The notes: generated from the sequence alone by a model not told the origin. A stretch of 64,000 nucleotides of DNA from an uncultured beta proteobacterium (GCA_963746955.1 CAVVDR010000026.1:8852-72851), one strand, 5' to 3'; shown: positions 51,775-63,120, numbered from the stretch's first letter. Made by a program: numbers and translations.

Positions 51775-52068
51775 ATGAACAAAGCAGAACTGGTTGATGC
51801 AGTTGCCAAGATGACGCAGCATTCCAAAGCGCAAACCGAAGAGATGTTTGATGCCTTCATGGGAGTCGTGCAGAACGCGCTCTTGAGCGGCAACAATGTC
51901 CAGATGACGGGCTTCGGAACCTTCATGGTTCATGAGCGTGCCGCCCGCATCGGCCGCAATCCGGCCACCGGCAAGGAAATTGAGATTCCCGCCAAGAAGG
52001 TCGTCAAGTTCAAGGTCAGCAACAAATTGAACGACGCTGTCTCTGGTGTCAACGCCAAGAAAGCGTGA
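51775..52068 (+). CDS. hupB: DNA-binding protein HU
   Basis: 97 aa from ATG 51775, 8 nt after AGGAG. MNKAELVDAVA..., GFGTF and the RIGRNPATGKEI arm are present. Confidence 0.92.
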   Translation: MNKAELVDAVAKMTQHSKAQTEEMFDAFMGVVQNALLSGNNVQMTGFGTFMVHERAARIGRNPATGKEIEIPAKKVVKFKVSNKLNDAVSGVNAKKA

Positions 52069-52160
52069 TTCACGCGGGGCGCGGACGCTGATTCGTTGCC
52101 CATCATCACTGCACACTAAACCCTGGATATCGGAGAAAAGCGACCCACGTCCATGCCCGA

Positions 52161-53258
52161 TCAATCCCCGAAAGTCGTCTCCACGCCGCGCGCGCTGGCC
52201 ACCCAGGGGTGGTCCGGCGGCACATTCTTGACCTGACCCGCAACGTCTTCCAATGCCACAGGCGCGCTGGATTCGCCGCGCGCGGCGACCATAAAGCCAT
52301 ATTGCCTGGCGTGAATCAGATCGGCGGCGGCTGTGCCTAAACGCGTGGCGAGCAGACGGTCGGCGGCGGATGGTGTGCCGCCGCGCTGCAGGTGACCAAG
52401 GATGGTCGGACGAGCTTCCAGGTCGGTGAGCAATTCGAGTTGATGAGCCAGACGCAAGGTGCGTTCGGCATAAACCAGCTCGGGTTCGACAACGATTTCC
52501 TTTGTTTTCTTGTCCTTCTTCTTGCTGGCGGCCTGCTGCACCGCGAATTCCTGTTGAGTAAGCGCACCTTCCGCGACAGCGACGATGCTGAACGGTTTGC
52601 CTTTGCGTTTTCGTTCCTTGATTGCATCCGCCACGGTTTCCACATTGTAGGGAATTTCCGGGATCAGAATCACGTCGGCGCCGCCGGCGATGCCGGCGCC
52701 TAATGCCAGCCAGCCGGCGCGGTGACCCATGATCTCAACCACGATGATGCGGTGATGACTGTGCGCGGTGCTGTGCAGGCGGTCGATGGCGTCGGTGGCG
52801 ATGCCGAGCGCGGTATCGAAACCGAAGGTGGTTTCGGTCAGCGCCACGTCGTTGTCGATGGTTTTCGGCAGAGTCACGATGTTGAGGCCTGCGTGCTTCA
52901 AGCGCAGCGCATTCTTCATGGTTCCGCCACCACCCAGGCAGACCAGGCAATCGAGTTGATTGGCGTGGTAGTTGGCGACGATGGTCTCGGTCATGTCGAG
53001 CACCTTGCCGTTCACCGGCATCTTGTGAGGCTTGTCGCGGCTGGTGCCGAGCATGGTTCCGCCCTTGGTGAGGATGCCGGATAACGCGTCGCCATCCAGC
53101 ACCATGGTGCGGTTTTCCATAAGGCCGCGAAAACCGTCACGAAACCCGATGACATGCATGCCGTAATGAGACACGCAGGCCTTGCCGACACCGCGTATGG
53201 CGGCGTTGAGACCCGGCGTATCGCCGCCCGAGGTGAGAATTCCGATAGATTGAGTCAT
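52161..53258 (-). CDS. pfk: 6-phosphofructokinase, PfkA family (PKTIDND lysine suggests the PPi-dependent type)
   Basis: 365 aa with motifs [29 protein letters not shown] and LGHLQRGG. Confidence 0.88.
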   Translation of the reverse strand: MTQSIGILTSGGDTPGLNAAIRGVGKACVSHYGMHVIGFRDGFRGLMENRTMVLDGDALSGILTKGGTMLGTSRDKPHKMPVNGKVLDMTETIVANYHANQLDCLVCLGGGGTMKNALRLKHAGLNIVTLPKTIDNDVALTETTFGFDTALGIATDAIDRLHSTAHSHHRIIVVEIMGHRAGWLALGAGIAGGADVILIPEIPYNVETVADAIKERKRKGKPFSIVAVAEGALTQQEFAVQQAASKKKDKKTKEIVVEPELVYAERTLRLAHQLELLTDLEARPTILGHLQRGGTPSAADRLLATRLGTAAADLIHARQYGFMVAARGESSAPVALEDVAGQVKNVPPDHPWVASARGVETTFGD

Positions 53259-53566
53259 GGTTATCGCCAGATTGCAGTTGAAAAGTGCGTGCGATTGTCG
53301 TTACTGGCTGGGATAAAATCCAGCCTGCCCGGCTGCGTCTGCTATGTCGGCTTCAAATGGATTCAACTTCGCCCCAATCAGAAATGCCCGCCTCGCGTCG
53401 CCCAATGCGGCATGAGCATGCGGCTTTCCGCCGTTTGAAACCGCAAGCGTGCACATGCTGATTCTAGGCAGAAAAATTAATGGGGCCACTGAAAAGACTA
53501 ACCGCCCCTAATAGGGAAGAAGCTTAAACCATGACGGTGTCTTACGGGCCGGAAGGTGGCAATCCA

Positions 53567-56143
53567 TTAGACGTCCTTGGCTAACTGCACAAGCGCATAG
53601 AGTGTCTCCAGCGCTTCCTTGGGGCTCAGTTCATCCGGGTTCAGTTCTCGCAGGGTCTCGATCAACTCGTTGGTTGCGGCTGAATCGTTCCCGGGCCTGA
53701 CTCCGGCAAACAAATCGGCCTGCGGTCCTTGGGTGATCTGGGCTTCTTCGAGCTCCTTCAATCTTCGTCTTGCTGCGGCGACGACGGTGGCAGGAACGCC
53801 GGCAAGCCTGGCGACCTGGATGCCGTAGCTTTGCGAGGCGGGGCCGTCTTCCACGGCGTGCAGGAACACCAGATCGTCACCATGTTCCCTGGCGTCGAGA
53901 TGAACATTTGCCAGTTGCTTGAACTCGCTGCTCAACTGGGTCAACTCGAAGTAGTGGGTGGCGAACAGGGTGTAGGCGCGGGTATGGGTCAGCAGGTGGC
54001 GGGCAACGGCCCAGGCCAGCGACAGACCATCGAAGGTGGAGGTGCCGCGCCCGATTTCATCGAGCAGCACCAGACTCCAGTTTGTGGCGTTGCGCAGGAT
54101 GGACGCCGCTTCGGTCATCTCCACCATGAAGGTTGAGCGGCCACCGGCCAGGTCATCCGATGCGCCGATGCGGGTGAAGATTTGATCGATCGGACCGATC
54201 CGGGCGGTAACTGCCGGCACGGGCAATCCGCAGCAGGCGAGCAGCACGATCAGCGCGGTCTGCCGCATGTAGGTGGATTTGCCGCCCATGTTGGGGCCGG
54301 TGATCATGAGCATCTGCCGGGTGCGCGACAACAGGGTGTCGTTGGGAATGAAGTGAGCGACCTGGCTTTCCACCACCGGGTGGCGGCCAGCCAGTATGTC
54401 AACGACGGCCTCATCCACATAAACCGGAAGGGCAAGGTTGAGTACATCCATGCATTCGGCCTGACAGGCCAGCACATCGACTTCTGCCAGCGCCGAGGCA
54501 AGTCGCATCAATTCGGATAATTGCGGAATCAGGCTGTCCAGCAATTGATCGAACAGCCATCTTTCCCGCGTCAGCGCACGCTCCCTGGCAGACAGGGCTT
54601 TGTCCTCGAAGGCCTTCAATTCCGGGGTGACATAGCGCTCGGCATTTTTCAAAGTCTGCCGGCGGCGATAATCAGCGGGAATCCTGTCGGCGTGGGCATG
54701 GGTGATTTCGATATAGAACCCGTGCACCCTGTTGTATTCGACCTTGAGGCTGGGGATATTGGTGCGCGCCTTCTCCCGCGCCTCCAGCTCAAGGAGAAAA
54801 CTTCCGCCATCGCGCGTGAGCATGCGCAACTCGTCGAGTTCGATATCAAACCCGTCGGCAATCACGCCGCCTTCGCGCAGTATCGCTGCAGGTTCGGCAA
54901 GCAGGGCGCGACTCAACAAATCATGCAGATCAGGCTTGGGCGTCAGGGCGGCTTCAAGCGATCTCAATCGCGGGGCCGTTTTGGGCAGGACCGCGATCAG
55001 TTCGGGCAGGAATGCGAGAGTGTCGCGCAGGCCGGACAAATCGCGCGGGCGGGTGGTCTTCAGTGCGATGCGTCCTGCGATGCGTTCGACATCGGCGCTG
55101 CCTTTGAGCAGCTTGTGCAATGCTGTTTGGGAGCGTGCATTGTTGAGCGCAGCGATGGCATAGAGCCGCTCGGACAGAATGGAGCGATCGCGCAGCGGAT
55201 GATGCAGCCAGTGGCGCAACAGCCGTGCACCCATGCCGGTGACGGTGCGGTCGAGAACGGAGAGCAAGGTCGGTGCGGGTTCGCCGCGCAGGGTTTCAGT
55301 AAGCTCCAGATTGCGGCGGGTGGCGGCATCGAGCCGTACATAGGTTTCATCCTGCTCGGCGCTGATGCAGGTTAGATGAGGCAGGGCGGTACGCTGGGTT
55401 GTCTTCACATAATCGAGCAGCGCGCCGGCGGCGGCCAGCGCTGCGTTCAAGTGCCCGACACCGAAGCCGGACAAATCCAGGCTGCCGAATTGTTTCGCCA
55501 GTTGCGTTCGTGCAGTATCTGCATCGAACTGCCATGGCGCCAGCCGTTTGATGGGACAGGGGGAAGCAAGCGGCAAGTCATCCGGAACAAGCAGTTCGGC
55601 CGGAGACAGGCGGGCGAGCAGACCGGGAACGCAGGTGCTGTCCACTTCGGCCACGGTGAAGCGGCCGGCAGCCAGGTTCAGCCAGGCCGCACCGGTCTTG
55701 TTCTTGTCAGCAGGCGCGAGGGCCAGCAGCAGGGTATCCCGGCGGTCATCGAGAAGGTCGGCGTCGGTGAGCGTGCCTGGGGTGACGATCCGGCTCACCT
55801 TGCGCTCCACCGGGCCTTTGGCAGCGGCAGGATCGCCGACCTGTTCGGCTATCACGACCGATTCCCCCTGCCGGATCAGACGGGCCAGGTATTGTTCCGC
55901 TGCATGGTAGGGCACCCCCGCCATCTTGATCGGCTGCCCTGCGGACTGGCCGCGTGTGGTCAGCGTAATGTTCAGCAGCCGGGCGGCCTTTTCCGCATCC
56001 TCGAAAAACAGTTCGTAGAAATCGCCCATGCGGTAGAACAGCAGCATATCCGGATGCTGGCCCTTGATGGCCAGATACTGCTGCATCATGGGGGTATGGG
56101 GGGCGGATGCCCGGGAAATATCCGGAATATCGTTCTTCATCAC
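53567..56143 (-). CDS. mutS: DNA mismatch repair protein MutS
   Basis: 858 aa with mismatch-binding N-terminus MQQYL...GDFYELF and Walker [10 protein letters not shown]. Confidence 0.96.
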   Translation of the reverse strand: MMKNDIPDISRASAPHTPMMQQYLAIKGQHPDMLLFYRMGDFYELFFEDAEKAARLLNITLTTRGQSAGQPIKMAGVPYHAAEQYLARLIRQGESVVIAEQVGDPAAAKGPVERKVSRIVTPGTLTDADLLDDRRDTLLLALAPADKNKTGAAWLNLAAGRFTVAEVDSTCVPGLLARLSPAELLVPDDLPLASPCPIKRLAPWQFDADTARTQLAKQFGSLDLSGFGVGHLNAALAAAGALLDYVKTTQRTALPHLTCISAEQDETYVRLDAATRRNLELTETLRGEPAPTLLSVLDRTVTGMGARLLRHWLHHPLRDRSILSERLYAIAALNNARSQTALHKLLKGSADVERIAGRIALKTTRPRDLSGLRDTLAFLPELIAVLPKTAPRLRSLEAALTPKPDLHDLLSRALLAEPAAILREGGVIADGFDIELDELRMLTRDGGSFLLELEAREKARTNIPSLKVEYNRVHGFYIEITHAHADRIPADYRRRQTLKNAERYVTPELKAFEDKALSARERALTRERWLFDQLLDSLIPQLSELMRLASALAEVDVLACQAECMDVLNLALPVYVDEAVVDILAGRHPVVESQVAHFIPNDTLLSRTRQMLMITGPNMGGKSTYMRQTALIVLLACCGLPVPAVTARIGPIDQIFTRIGASDDLAGGRSTFMVEMTEAASILRNATNWSLVLLDEIGRGTSTFDGLSLAWAVARHLLTHTRAYTLFATHYFELTQLSSEFKQLANVHLDAREHGDDLVFLHAVEDGPASQSYGIQVARLAGVPATVVAAARRRLKELEEAQITQGPQADLFAGVRPGNDSAATNELIETLRELNPDELSPKEALETLYALVQLAKDV

Positions 56144-56367
56144 TGGCAGATCGGGGGCCTGGCCGGTATTCTGCGAGGCTCTCTAGTGTAGCCCAAGGCC
56201 AGCCTGATAACCTACCGTTCCCGAAACAGGCGGAGGTTGTCCCGCCCCTGCGGAAAAAGGTCGCGCGCGGCGCAAACTAATCACTGGCGAGTGCATCCAA
56301 TTTGCGGTATTTACACCTCGTGCGCCTGCGGTCGAAACACGGTCGGGTTGATAAGAAGGAGAACTGA

Positions 56368-57492
56368 ATGGGCAAGGCATCGCTACGACGGGTAATGGGC
56401 GCGGCCGCGGTGCTGCTGGTCATGACGAGCTGCGGCAAGGGCGAGGCGAAGAAGGCAGGGCTCAGGCAGACTCCTCCGGTGCCGGTCACGGTGGGTGAGG
56501 TGGTGAAGAAAACCGTGCCGTTCCAGCTCAAGGCGGTCGGCAATGTGGAAACGCTCGCCACGGTTAACGTGAAATCGCGGGTAGATGGGCAAATTGTCGA
56601 AGTGGGGATCAGGGACGGTCAAAACGTATCGAAGGGGCAATTGCTCTTTCAGATCGACCCGCGGCCGTTCGCAGCCCAGCTCAAACAGGCGGAGGCCGCG
56701 CTGCTGAAGGATCAGGCCCAGCTCACGTATGCCGCTGGACAGGAGAAGCGCTACCAGGATCTGTTGCAGAAAAACTTTATCTCAGGAGAGGCTTACGCCC
56801 AGGTAAAAGCCAACCTCGATGCGGCTCAGGCCGTGGTCAAGGCTGACCAGGCGGCGCTGGACAACGGGCGCCTGCAACTGGGCTATACAACGATTCGCTC
56901 TCCCATCTCGGGCAGCGCAGGCAAGGTCCTGGTGAGCGGGGGCAATCTGGTGAAGGCCAATGACACCGTATCGCTGGTGGTCATCAACCAGATCAGCCCG
57001 ATCTATGTCAGCTTTGCTGTGCCTGAACAGTTCGGCGGCCAGGTCCGCCAGCGCCTGGCGGCTGGCAGCCTCAAGGTTGAGGCGATGCCGCGCACGAGCG
57101 GGGCGATGCCGGTGGACGGAAAACTCGCCTTTATCGACAACGCGGTGGATGCCGCGACCGGCACGCTCAGACTGCGGGCTGAGTTTGCCAACGCCGACCG
57201 TGCATTGTGGCCGGGCGACTTCGCCGAAACCACGCTCACGCTGCGGCAGGACAACGACGCCATAGTTGCGCCCGCGCGCGCGGTCCAGAACGGTCCCCGC
57301 GGTACTTACGTGTTTGTCGTGCGGCCCGATCTCAAGGTGGCAATCCGCGACGTGGTCGTGGAGCGTACCGCAGGCACTGACGCCGTTATTGCAAAGGGCT
57401 TGCAGCCGGGCGAGAAAGTGGTCACGGACGGCGCTTCCCGCTTGACTCCCAGTTCGGTTGTGACGATCAGGGGCAGCGGGAACGCTCCATGA
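56368..57492 (+). CDS. RND efflux periplasmic adaptor (membrane fusion protein, MdtA/AcrA family)
   Basis: 374 aa with lipobox LVMTSC. It has the coiled-coil/lipoyl/beta-barrel layout of HlyD-family adaptors. ATGA overlap with the RND pump. Confidence 0.88.
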   Translation: MGKASLRRVMGAAAVLLVMTSCGKGEAKKAGLRQTPPVPVTVGEVVKKTVPFQLKAVGNVETLATVNVKSRVDGQIVEVGIRDGQNVSKGQLLFQIDPRPFAAQLKQAEAALLKDQAQLTYAAGQEKRYQDLLQKNFISGEAYAQVKANLDAAQAVVKADQAALDNGRLQLGYTTIRSPISGSAGKVLVSGGNLVKANDTVSLVVINQISPIYVSFAVPEQFGGQVRQRLAAGSLKVEAMPRTSGAMPVDGKLAFIDNAVDAATGTLRLRAEFANADRALWPGDFAETTLTLRQDNDAIVAPARAVQNGPRGTYVFVVRPDLKVAIRDVVVERTAGTDAVIAKGLQPGEKVVTDGASRLTPSSVVTIRGSGNAP

Positions 57493-60400
57493 ATATTTCC
57501 GAGATTTTCATCCGCCGGCCGATCATGACCAGCCTGGTCATGATCGGCATACTGGTATTCGGTCTGTTCAGCTATCGCATGCTTCCGGTTGCGGCCCTGC
57601 CCAACGTGGACTTTCCCACCATCCAGGTCACTGCCACCCTGCCAGGCGCCAGTCCGGAAACCATGGCTTCGGCGGTGGCGACGCCGCTGGAAAAGCAGTT
57701 CTCCACCATTGCCGGCCTGGATTCGATGAACTCGTCGAGCGCCCAGGGTACTACCCAGATCACCCTGCAATTCGCGCTTGAACGCAGCGTCGATGCCGCC
57801 GCGCTGGACGTGCAATCTGCCATTTCCGCTTCCCTACGGCAACTTCCGGCGGAACTGCCCTCGCCGCCCTCATTCCGCAAGGTAAATCCGGCGGACCTGC
57901 CAGTGTACTATCTGGCGCTTACTTCCCAGACCCTGCCTCTGTCGGCGGTAGACGAGTACGCCCAGACGCTCCTGGCCCAACGCATTTCCACGGTCAGCGG
58001 GGTGGCTCAGGTTCAGGTATATGGCAGCCAGAAATACGCCGTGCGGGCGCAACTCGATCCACGCGCTCTCGTTGCGAAAGGCATCGGCATCGACGAGGTG
58101 GCTGATGCGCTGGCCCAGCACAACGTCAATCTGCCCACCGGCACGCTGTACGGCGAGCGCCGCACCTACACCGTTCAGGCCACCGGGCAACTCTACGATG
58201 CGGCGAAGTTTCGGCCAATGATCGTTACCTACCGCAACGGTGCGCCGGTGCGGCTGGGCGAACTGGGGCGGGTGCTGGACAGCGTGGAAAACAACAAGGT
58301 TGCGGCCTGGTTCAGCGGCCAGCGCGGCATCGTGCTCGCGATCCAGCGTCAGCCCGGCACCAACACAATACAGGTGGTGGATTCAATCCGCGCGCTGTTG
58401 CCGGTGTTTCGCGCCCAGATCCCTCCCGGTGTGGAAATGAGCGTCCTCTACGACCGGTCGCAGTCGATTCGCGATTCGGTCAACGACGTTCAGTTCAGCC
58501 TGCTGCTCGCACTCACCCTGGTGGTGATGGTGATCTTCCTGTTCCTGCGCAATTTGTCGGCCACGCTCATTCCCAGCCTCGCCTTGCCGCTTGCCCTGAT
58601 CGGCGCTTTTTGCGTGATGTATTTGATGGGCTACAGCCTGGACAACCTGTCCCTGATGGCGCTTACGCTGTGCGTAGGCTTCGTCGTAGATGACGCCATC
58701 GTTGTGCTGGAGAATATTTCCCGGCACCTGGAGATGGGTGAATCGCGCTGGGACGCCACGCTCAAGGGCACGCGTGAAATCAGCTTTACCGTGGTGTCGA
58801 TGACGCTATCGCTGGTGGCCGTGTTTCTTCCTGTCCTGTTCATGGGCGGCATACTGGGCCGCCTGCTGCACGAGTTCGCCGTCACCATCATTGCGGCAGT
58901 GCTGGTGTCCGGCTTTGTGTCTCTTACCCTCACGCCCATGTTATGCAGCCGCTGGCTGCGGCCCTCCGACGAAGTGCACCACGGGCGCGTCTATCGGGCG
59001 AGCGAGGCCGTCTTCGACGCGATGAAACACGCCTATGATCGCAGCCTGAGCTCGGTGCTGCGCCATCGCAGGGCCACCATGCTGGCGTTCCTCGCAGTAT
59101 TCGTCACCACCGGCTGGCTGTTTGCCGTGATGCCAAAGGGTTTCTTGCCGAGCGAGGACACCGGCCAGATCTTTGCCTTCACTGAGGCCGCCCAGGATAT
59201 ATCCTTTGATGACATGGCCAGGAAGCAACGTCAGGCCGCCGACATTGTGCGCAACGATCCTGCTGTCGGCTCCTCAATGGCTTTCATCGGCACCAGCGGT
59301 TCGAGCCAGTCGCTCAACCTGGGACGCATCTTTGTCAGCCTCAAGCCCCATGGCGAACGGGCCTCGGCCGATGAAGTGATCCAGCGTCTGCGACCCAAGC
59401 TCGCCAACATTCCGGGACTCAAGGTGTTCCTGCAGAACCTGCCGGCGATCCGCATCGGCGGCCAGCTTACCAAGAGCCAATACCAGTACACCCTGCAGGA
59501 TGCCGATACCCAGACCCTGTTCGCCTGGGCGCCGCGCGTCGAGGACAAGCTGCGTTCACTGCCCGGATTTCAGGACGTGACCAGCGATCTCCAGATTACC
59601 AACCCGCAGGTCATGGTCCAGATCGACCGGGACAAGGCGGCATCGCTGGGCGTCACGCCTGAGCAGATCGAAACGGCTCTCTACAACGCCTATGGTTCAC
59701 GCCAGGTGTCGACCATCTACACGCCGACCAACGAATATCAGGTCATCATGGAACTTGCGCCCGAGTTCCAGCAGGATGCCAATGCGCTGTCCATGCTCTA
59801 TGTTCGTTCCTCGGCCGGCAATCTGGTGCCCCTGGATACCGTTGCCAGCCTCAAGCGCGACATCGGCCCGCTATCCATCACCCACCTGGGACAACTCCCG
59901 TCGGTGACGGTCTCCTTCAATTTGGCGCCTGGACTCGCCCTGGGTGACGCCATTACCGAGGTCGGAAACGCGATGAAGCAGATGCAGATCCCTACCAGTC
60001 TTACTGGCAGTTTCCAGGGGGCAGCTCAAGCCTTCCAGTCCTCCCTCACCGGCATGGGATTTCTCATCGGGGGCGCGATTTTTGTGATCTATCTGGTGCT
60101 GGGCATCCTGTACGAGAGCTACATCCACCCGGTCACCATTCTGTCTGGCCTGCCCACTGCCGGACTGGGGGCCTTGCTGACCCTGCTCCTGTTTCACCTC
60201 GATCTGAACATGTATGGCTTCGTCGGCCTGATCATGCTGATCGGCATCGTCAAGAAGAATGCCATCATGATGATCGACTTCGCCATCAACGCCCAGCGCA
60301 CTGCCGGCAAGGCGCCGCTGGAAGCGATCTACGAAGCCTGCCTGACCCGCTTCCGGCCGATCATGATGACCACCATGGCGGCGCTCATGGGAACGCTTCC

Positions 60401-60584
60401 GATCGCCCTGGGCTTGGGAACCGGATCGGAAGGCCGCCGTCCCCTTGGTCTCGCCGTGGTGGGTGGTCTGCTGGTGTCGCAGGCACTGACGCTTTACATT
60501 ACCCCGGTGATCTATCTCTATCTGGAGGCCTTCAAGAACCGGCTGGCTCGCAATGTTCGGCCGGCCGCAGGCGTCACGGCGTAG
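57489..60584 (+). CDS. RND efflux permease (AcrB/MdtB/MdtC family)
   Basis: 1031 aa with a 12-TM architecture, two large periplasmic loops and N-terminus MNISEIFIRRPIMT. Confidence 0.93.
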   Translation: MNISEIFIRRPIMTSLVMIGILVFGLFSYRMLPVAALPNVDFPTIQVTATLPGASPETMASAVATPLEKQFSTIAGLDSMNSSSAQGTTQITLQFALERSVDAAALDVQSAISASLRQLPAELPSPPSFRKVNPADLPVYYLALTSQTLPLSAVDEYAQTLLAQRISTVSGVAQVQVYGSQKYAVRAQLDPRALVAKGIGIDEVADALAQHNVNLPTGTLYGERRTYTVQATGQLYDAAKFRPMIVTYRNGAPVRLGELGRVLDSVENNKVAAWFSGQRGIVLAIQRQPGTNTIQVVDSIRALLPVFRAQIPPGVEMSVLYDRSQSIRDSVNDVQFSLLLALTLVVMVIFLFLRNLSATLIPSLALPLALIGAFCVMYLMGYSLDNLSLMALTLCVGFVVDDAIVVLENISRHLEMGESRWDATLKGTREISFTVVSMTLSLVAVFLPVLFMGGILGRLLHEFAVTIIAAVLVSGFVSLTLTPMLCSRWLRPSDEVHHGRVYRASEAVFDAMKHAYDRSLSSVLRHRRATMLAFLAVFVTTGWLFAVMPKGFLPSEDTGQIFAFTEAAQDISFDDMARKQRQAADIVRNDPAVGSSMAFIGTSGSSQSLNLGRIFVSLKPHGERASADEVIQRLRPKLANIPGLKVFLQNLPAIRIGGQLTKSQYQYTLQDADTQTLFAWAPRVEDKLRSLPGFQDVTSDLQITNPQVMVQIDRDKAASLGVTPEQIETALYNAYGSRQVSTIYTPTNEYQVIMELAPEFQQDANALSMLYVRSSAGNLVPLDTVASLKRDIGPLSITHLGQLPSVTVSFNLAPGLALGDAITEVGNAMKQMQIPTSLTGSFQGAAQAFQSSLTGMGFLIGGAIFVIYLVLGILYESYIHPVTILSGLPTAGLGALLTLLLFHLDLNMYGFVGLIMLIGIVKKNAIMMIDFAINAQRTAGKAPLEAIYEACLTRFRPIMMTTMAALMGTLPIALGLGTGSEGRRPLGLAVVGGLLVSQALTLYITPVIYLYLEAFKNRLARNVRPAAGVTA

Positions 60585-60692
60585 GCGAGGAAATGATCCG
60601 GCTGGTGTGGTCGCGCGGAAGGTCGGGCTGCAAGGACGCGTGCGTTTCGCATATGATTCAGGACTCCTACCCACAGAACTGAATTGACCGAC

Positions 60693-61931
60693 ATGGAATC
60701 ATCGACCTCACTCGAACTGGCCAAGCACACCCTGTTGGTCTTCGGCATCATCCTGGGCATTGGCAGCCTGTCCAGCCTGCTTGCCCGCTGGGCCAGAGTG
60801 CCCGACGTGGCGGTGTTCCTGGTAATCGGCATGCTGCTGGGGCCAGGCGTGCTGGGCTGGGTGGACATCACGGCCGACTCTGCCATCAACCAGATGATTC
60901 TGATTTTCGGCTCCTGCTACATCCTGTTCGACGGCGGGGCATCACTCAGGCTAAAGGTGCTCAAGGAAGTGTGGATCACGATCGTGCTGATCGCCACCAT
61001 CGGCCTGCTCATCACTGCCGCCATCACCGGCCTCGCCGCCCACTATCTCCTGGGCATCCCCCTCATCGTGGCCCTGTTGCTGGGCGCGACCATCGCCTCA
61101 ACCGACCCTGCCACTCTGGTGCCGGTATTCAAGCAGGTGCGGATCAAGGACCGGGTGGCGCAGACGGTGATGAGCGAATCTGCCTTCAACGATGCCATGG
61201 GCGCCATCGCCACGTTCGCGGTGCTGGGCATTGCAATGGGACACGGCGGATTTTCCCTCGGTCACGCCCTGGGGGACCTGGCCTGGCAGTCCGGTCTCGG
61301 CATCCTGGCTGGCGCAGTGCTGGGCTATCTCGCGGCCTTGCTCATTGCCCACCAGAAGTACAGCTTTCTGGCCGAGTACGCGCCACTGGTGACCCTGATG
61401 GCCGTGATTGGCGCTTATCTGGGGGCCGATGGCCTGCATTCCAGCGGCTTCATGGCGGTGTTCGTATTCGGGATCATGCTGGGCAACAAGGAGACCTTCG
61501 GCTTCGCCATGGATGAGCAGGAGGCGGAAAAGATGGAAGACTTCATCACCACCACGGCGCTCATCATGCGCATGTTCATCTTTATTCTTCTGGGTACGCA
61601 GGTGAACTTCGGCCTGATGAACCATTACCTGCTAGGCGGTGTGGCGGTCGTTGTCGTCTTCATGCTTGTGGCTCGGCCGGCCACCGTGTTCCTGTGCGCC
61701 GGCGTCGACCGGCGTGCAAAGTGGAGCCTGAAGGAACTGCTGTTCATGTGCTGGACGCGTGAAACCGGGGTGATTCCCGGCGCGCTTGCGGGATTGCTGG
61801 TTGGCATGAAGGCGCCCGGCGCCGAGATTGTTGCCTCGGTCACGTTTATTGCGATCCTCATGACCATCCTGATCCAGGCACCCACGACCAAGTGGCTGGC
61901 GCGCAGACTCGATTTGCTGGTCACGGAGTAA
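60693..61931 (+). CDS. Cation:proton antiporter, CPA1 (NhaP-type Na+/H+ exchanger)
   Basis: About 412 aa and polytopic, with the ATDPA motif (ASTDPATLVPVF) typical of CPA1 exchangers. The start is ATG 60693 or TTG 60684. Confidence 0.8.
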   Translation: MESSTSLELAKHTLLVFGIILGIGSLSSLLARWARVPDVAVFLVIGMLLGPGVLGWVDITADSAINQMILIFGSCYILFDGGASLRLKVLKEVWITIVLIATIGLLITAAITGLAAHYLLGIPLIVALLLGATIASTDPATLVPVFKQVRIKDRVAQTVMSESAFNDAMGAIATFAVLGIAMGHGGFSLGHALGDLAWQSGLGILAGAVLGYLAALLIAHQKYSFLAEYAPLVTLMAVIGAYLGADGLHSSGFMAVFVFGIMLGNKETFGFAMDEQEAEKMEDFITTTALIMRMFIFILLGTQVNFGLMNHYLLGGVAVVVVFMLVARPATVFLCAGVDRRAKWSLKELLFMCWTRETGVIPGALAGLLVGMKAPGAEIVASVTFIAILMTILIQAPTTKWLARRLDLLVTE

Positions 61932-61962
61932 TCCGTAACATCTTTACGGGCTGCAGAGGTTG

Positions 61963-63120
61963 TCAGTGGGCGAGCATTCGATCCGGTTCCCACCCCAGCG
62001 CCAGGTAGAATATCCCCATGCCCAGTACGTAGGCGGCTGCGACATGCCAGCCTTCCTTGAGCCAGCGGACCGTATTTCTTGCCTCACCGAATTCGTTTGA
62101 GATGGCGACGCCAGCGGATGAGCCGAACCAGATCATCGAGCCACCGTATCCGACAGCGAAGGCCAACATCCCCAGATCATAGCCGCCTTGGTCCAGCGCC
62201 AGCTTGGTCAACGGGATGTTGTCGAATACCGCCGACAGAAAGCCCAGTACAAGAGTGTTCGTTGCCGAAGCGGTCGGCAGCTCGCTGACCGGCATCAGGC
62301 TGGCGGCCATCACCAGGCACAGCAGGAACAGGCTGCCTTTGAGTGCGCGCTGTGCTTCGCGCCACGGAATGGGACGCACAACCGCGCTCAGGACAATGAC
62401 GAGCCATACGCCGGCTGCCGGAAAGTCGAATCCGATGTTGGCCGCAATGGCGCCGACAATGATAGAAGCGGCCACTGCCAGACGTGTCCAGTCGATGCGC
62501 TGATCACGTGGCCAGTCCTTGCGGATGGGCTGATAGGCGTGCTGCATGCGCGCGGCGATGATGCCTGAAAACGCCAGTGCGACTCCGGCTGCGAGATAGG
62601 CATCGAGCACGTCTACCGCTGGAACGCCAGCAATCCACATCATCGTGGTGGTGGTGTCGCCAATGACCGAACCCGCACCGCCGGCGTTCGCCGCCGCCAC
62701 AATGGCAGCGATATAGCCGACCTGCACCCGGCCCTGAAAAACGTGCCTGGCGATCACCCCGCCGATCATCGCGCCAGCGATGTTGTCGAGGAACGCGGAC
62801 AGTACGGCGACCATGACCAGCAGTAGAAAGCTCCCCTGCCAATTGTTCGGCAGCCACTGCGGCATCAGGTCGGGCAGGCGGGATTCTTCAAAATGCCTGG
62901 CAAGGATGGCGAAACCCAACAGCAGTCCAAGCAAATTGATGAGCAGCGGAGCCTCGGACGCGAGCTGTGGCACAACAAGATCCAGGTGCGAAGTCAGGAC
63001 TTTGTATGCGCCAATTACCAGCAAGCCCACCAGCGCAATCTCGAAGTTGCGCCGATGGAAGATGGCTACGCCAGCAAGGGTCAGGCCAAAAAGCAGGAAT
63101 TCGATCGGGAAGGGCAACAT
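61963..63120 (-). CDS. ArsB/NhaD-superfamily ion transporter (NhaD-like permease)
   Basis: 385 aa and polytopic, with duplicated FLDNI / VFDNIP motifs and SVIGDTTTTMMW. Confidence 0.6.
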   Translation of the reverse strand: MLPFPIEFLLFGLTLAGVAIFHRRNFEIALVGLLVIGAYKVLTSHLDLVVPQLASEAPLLINLLGLLLGFAILARHFEESRLPDLMPQWLPNNWQGSFLLLVMVAVLSAFLDNIAGAMIGGVIARHVFQGRVQVGYIAAIVAAANAGGAGSVIGDTTTTMMWIAGVPAVDVLDAYLAAGVALAFSGIIAARMQHAYQPIRKDWPRDQRIDWTRLAVAASIIVGAIAANIGFDFPAAGVWLVIVLSAVVRPIPWREAQRALKGSLFLLCLVMAASLMPVSELPTASATNTLVLGFLSAVFDNIPLTKLALDQGGYDLGMLAFAVGYGGSMIWFGSSAGVAISNEFGEARNTVRWLKEGWHVAAAYVLGMGIFYLALGWEPDRMLAH

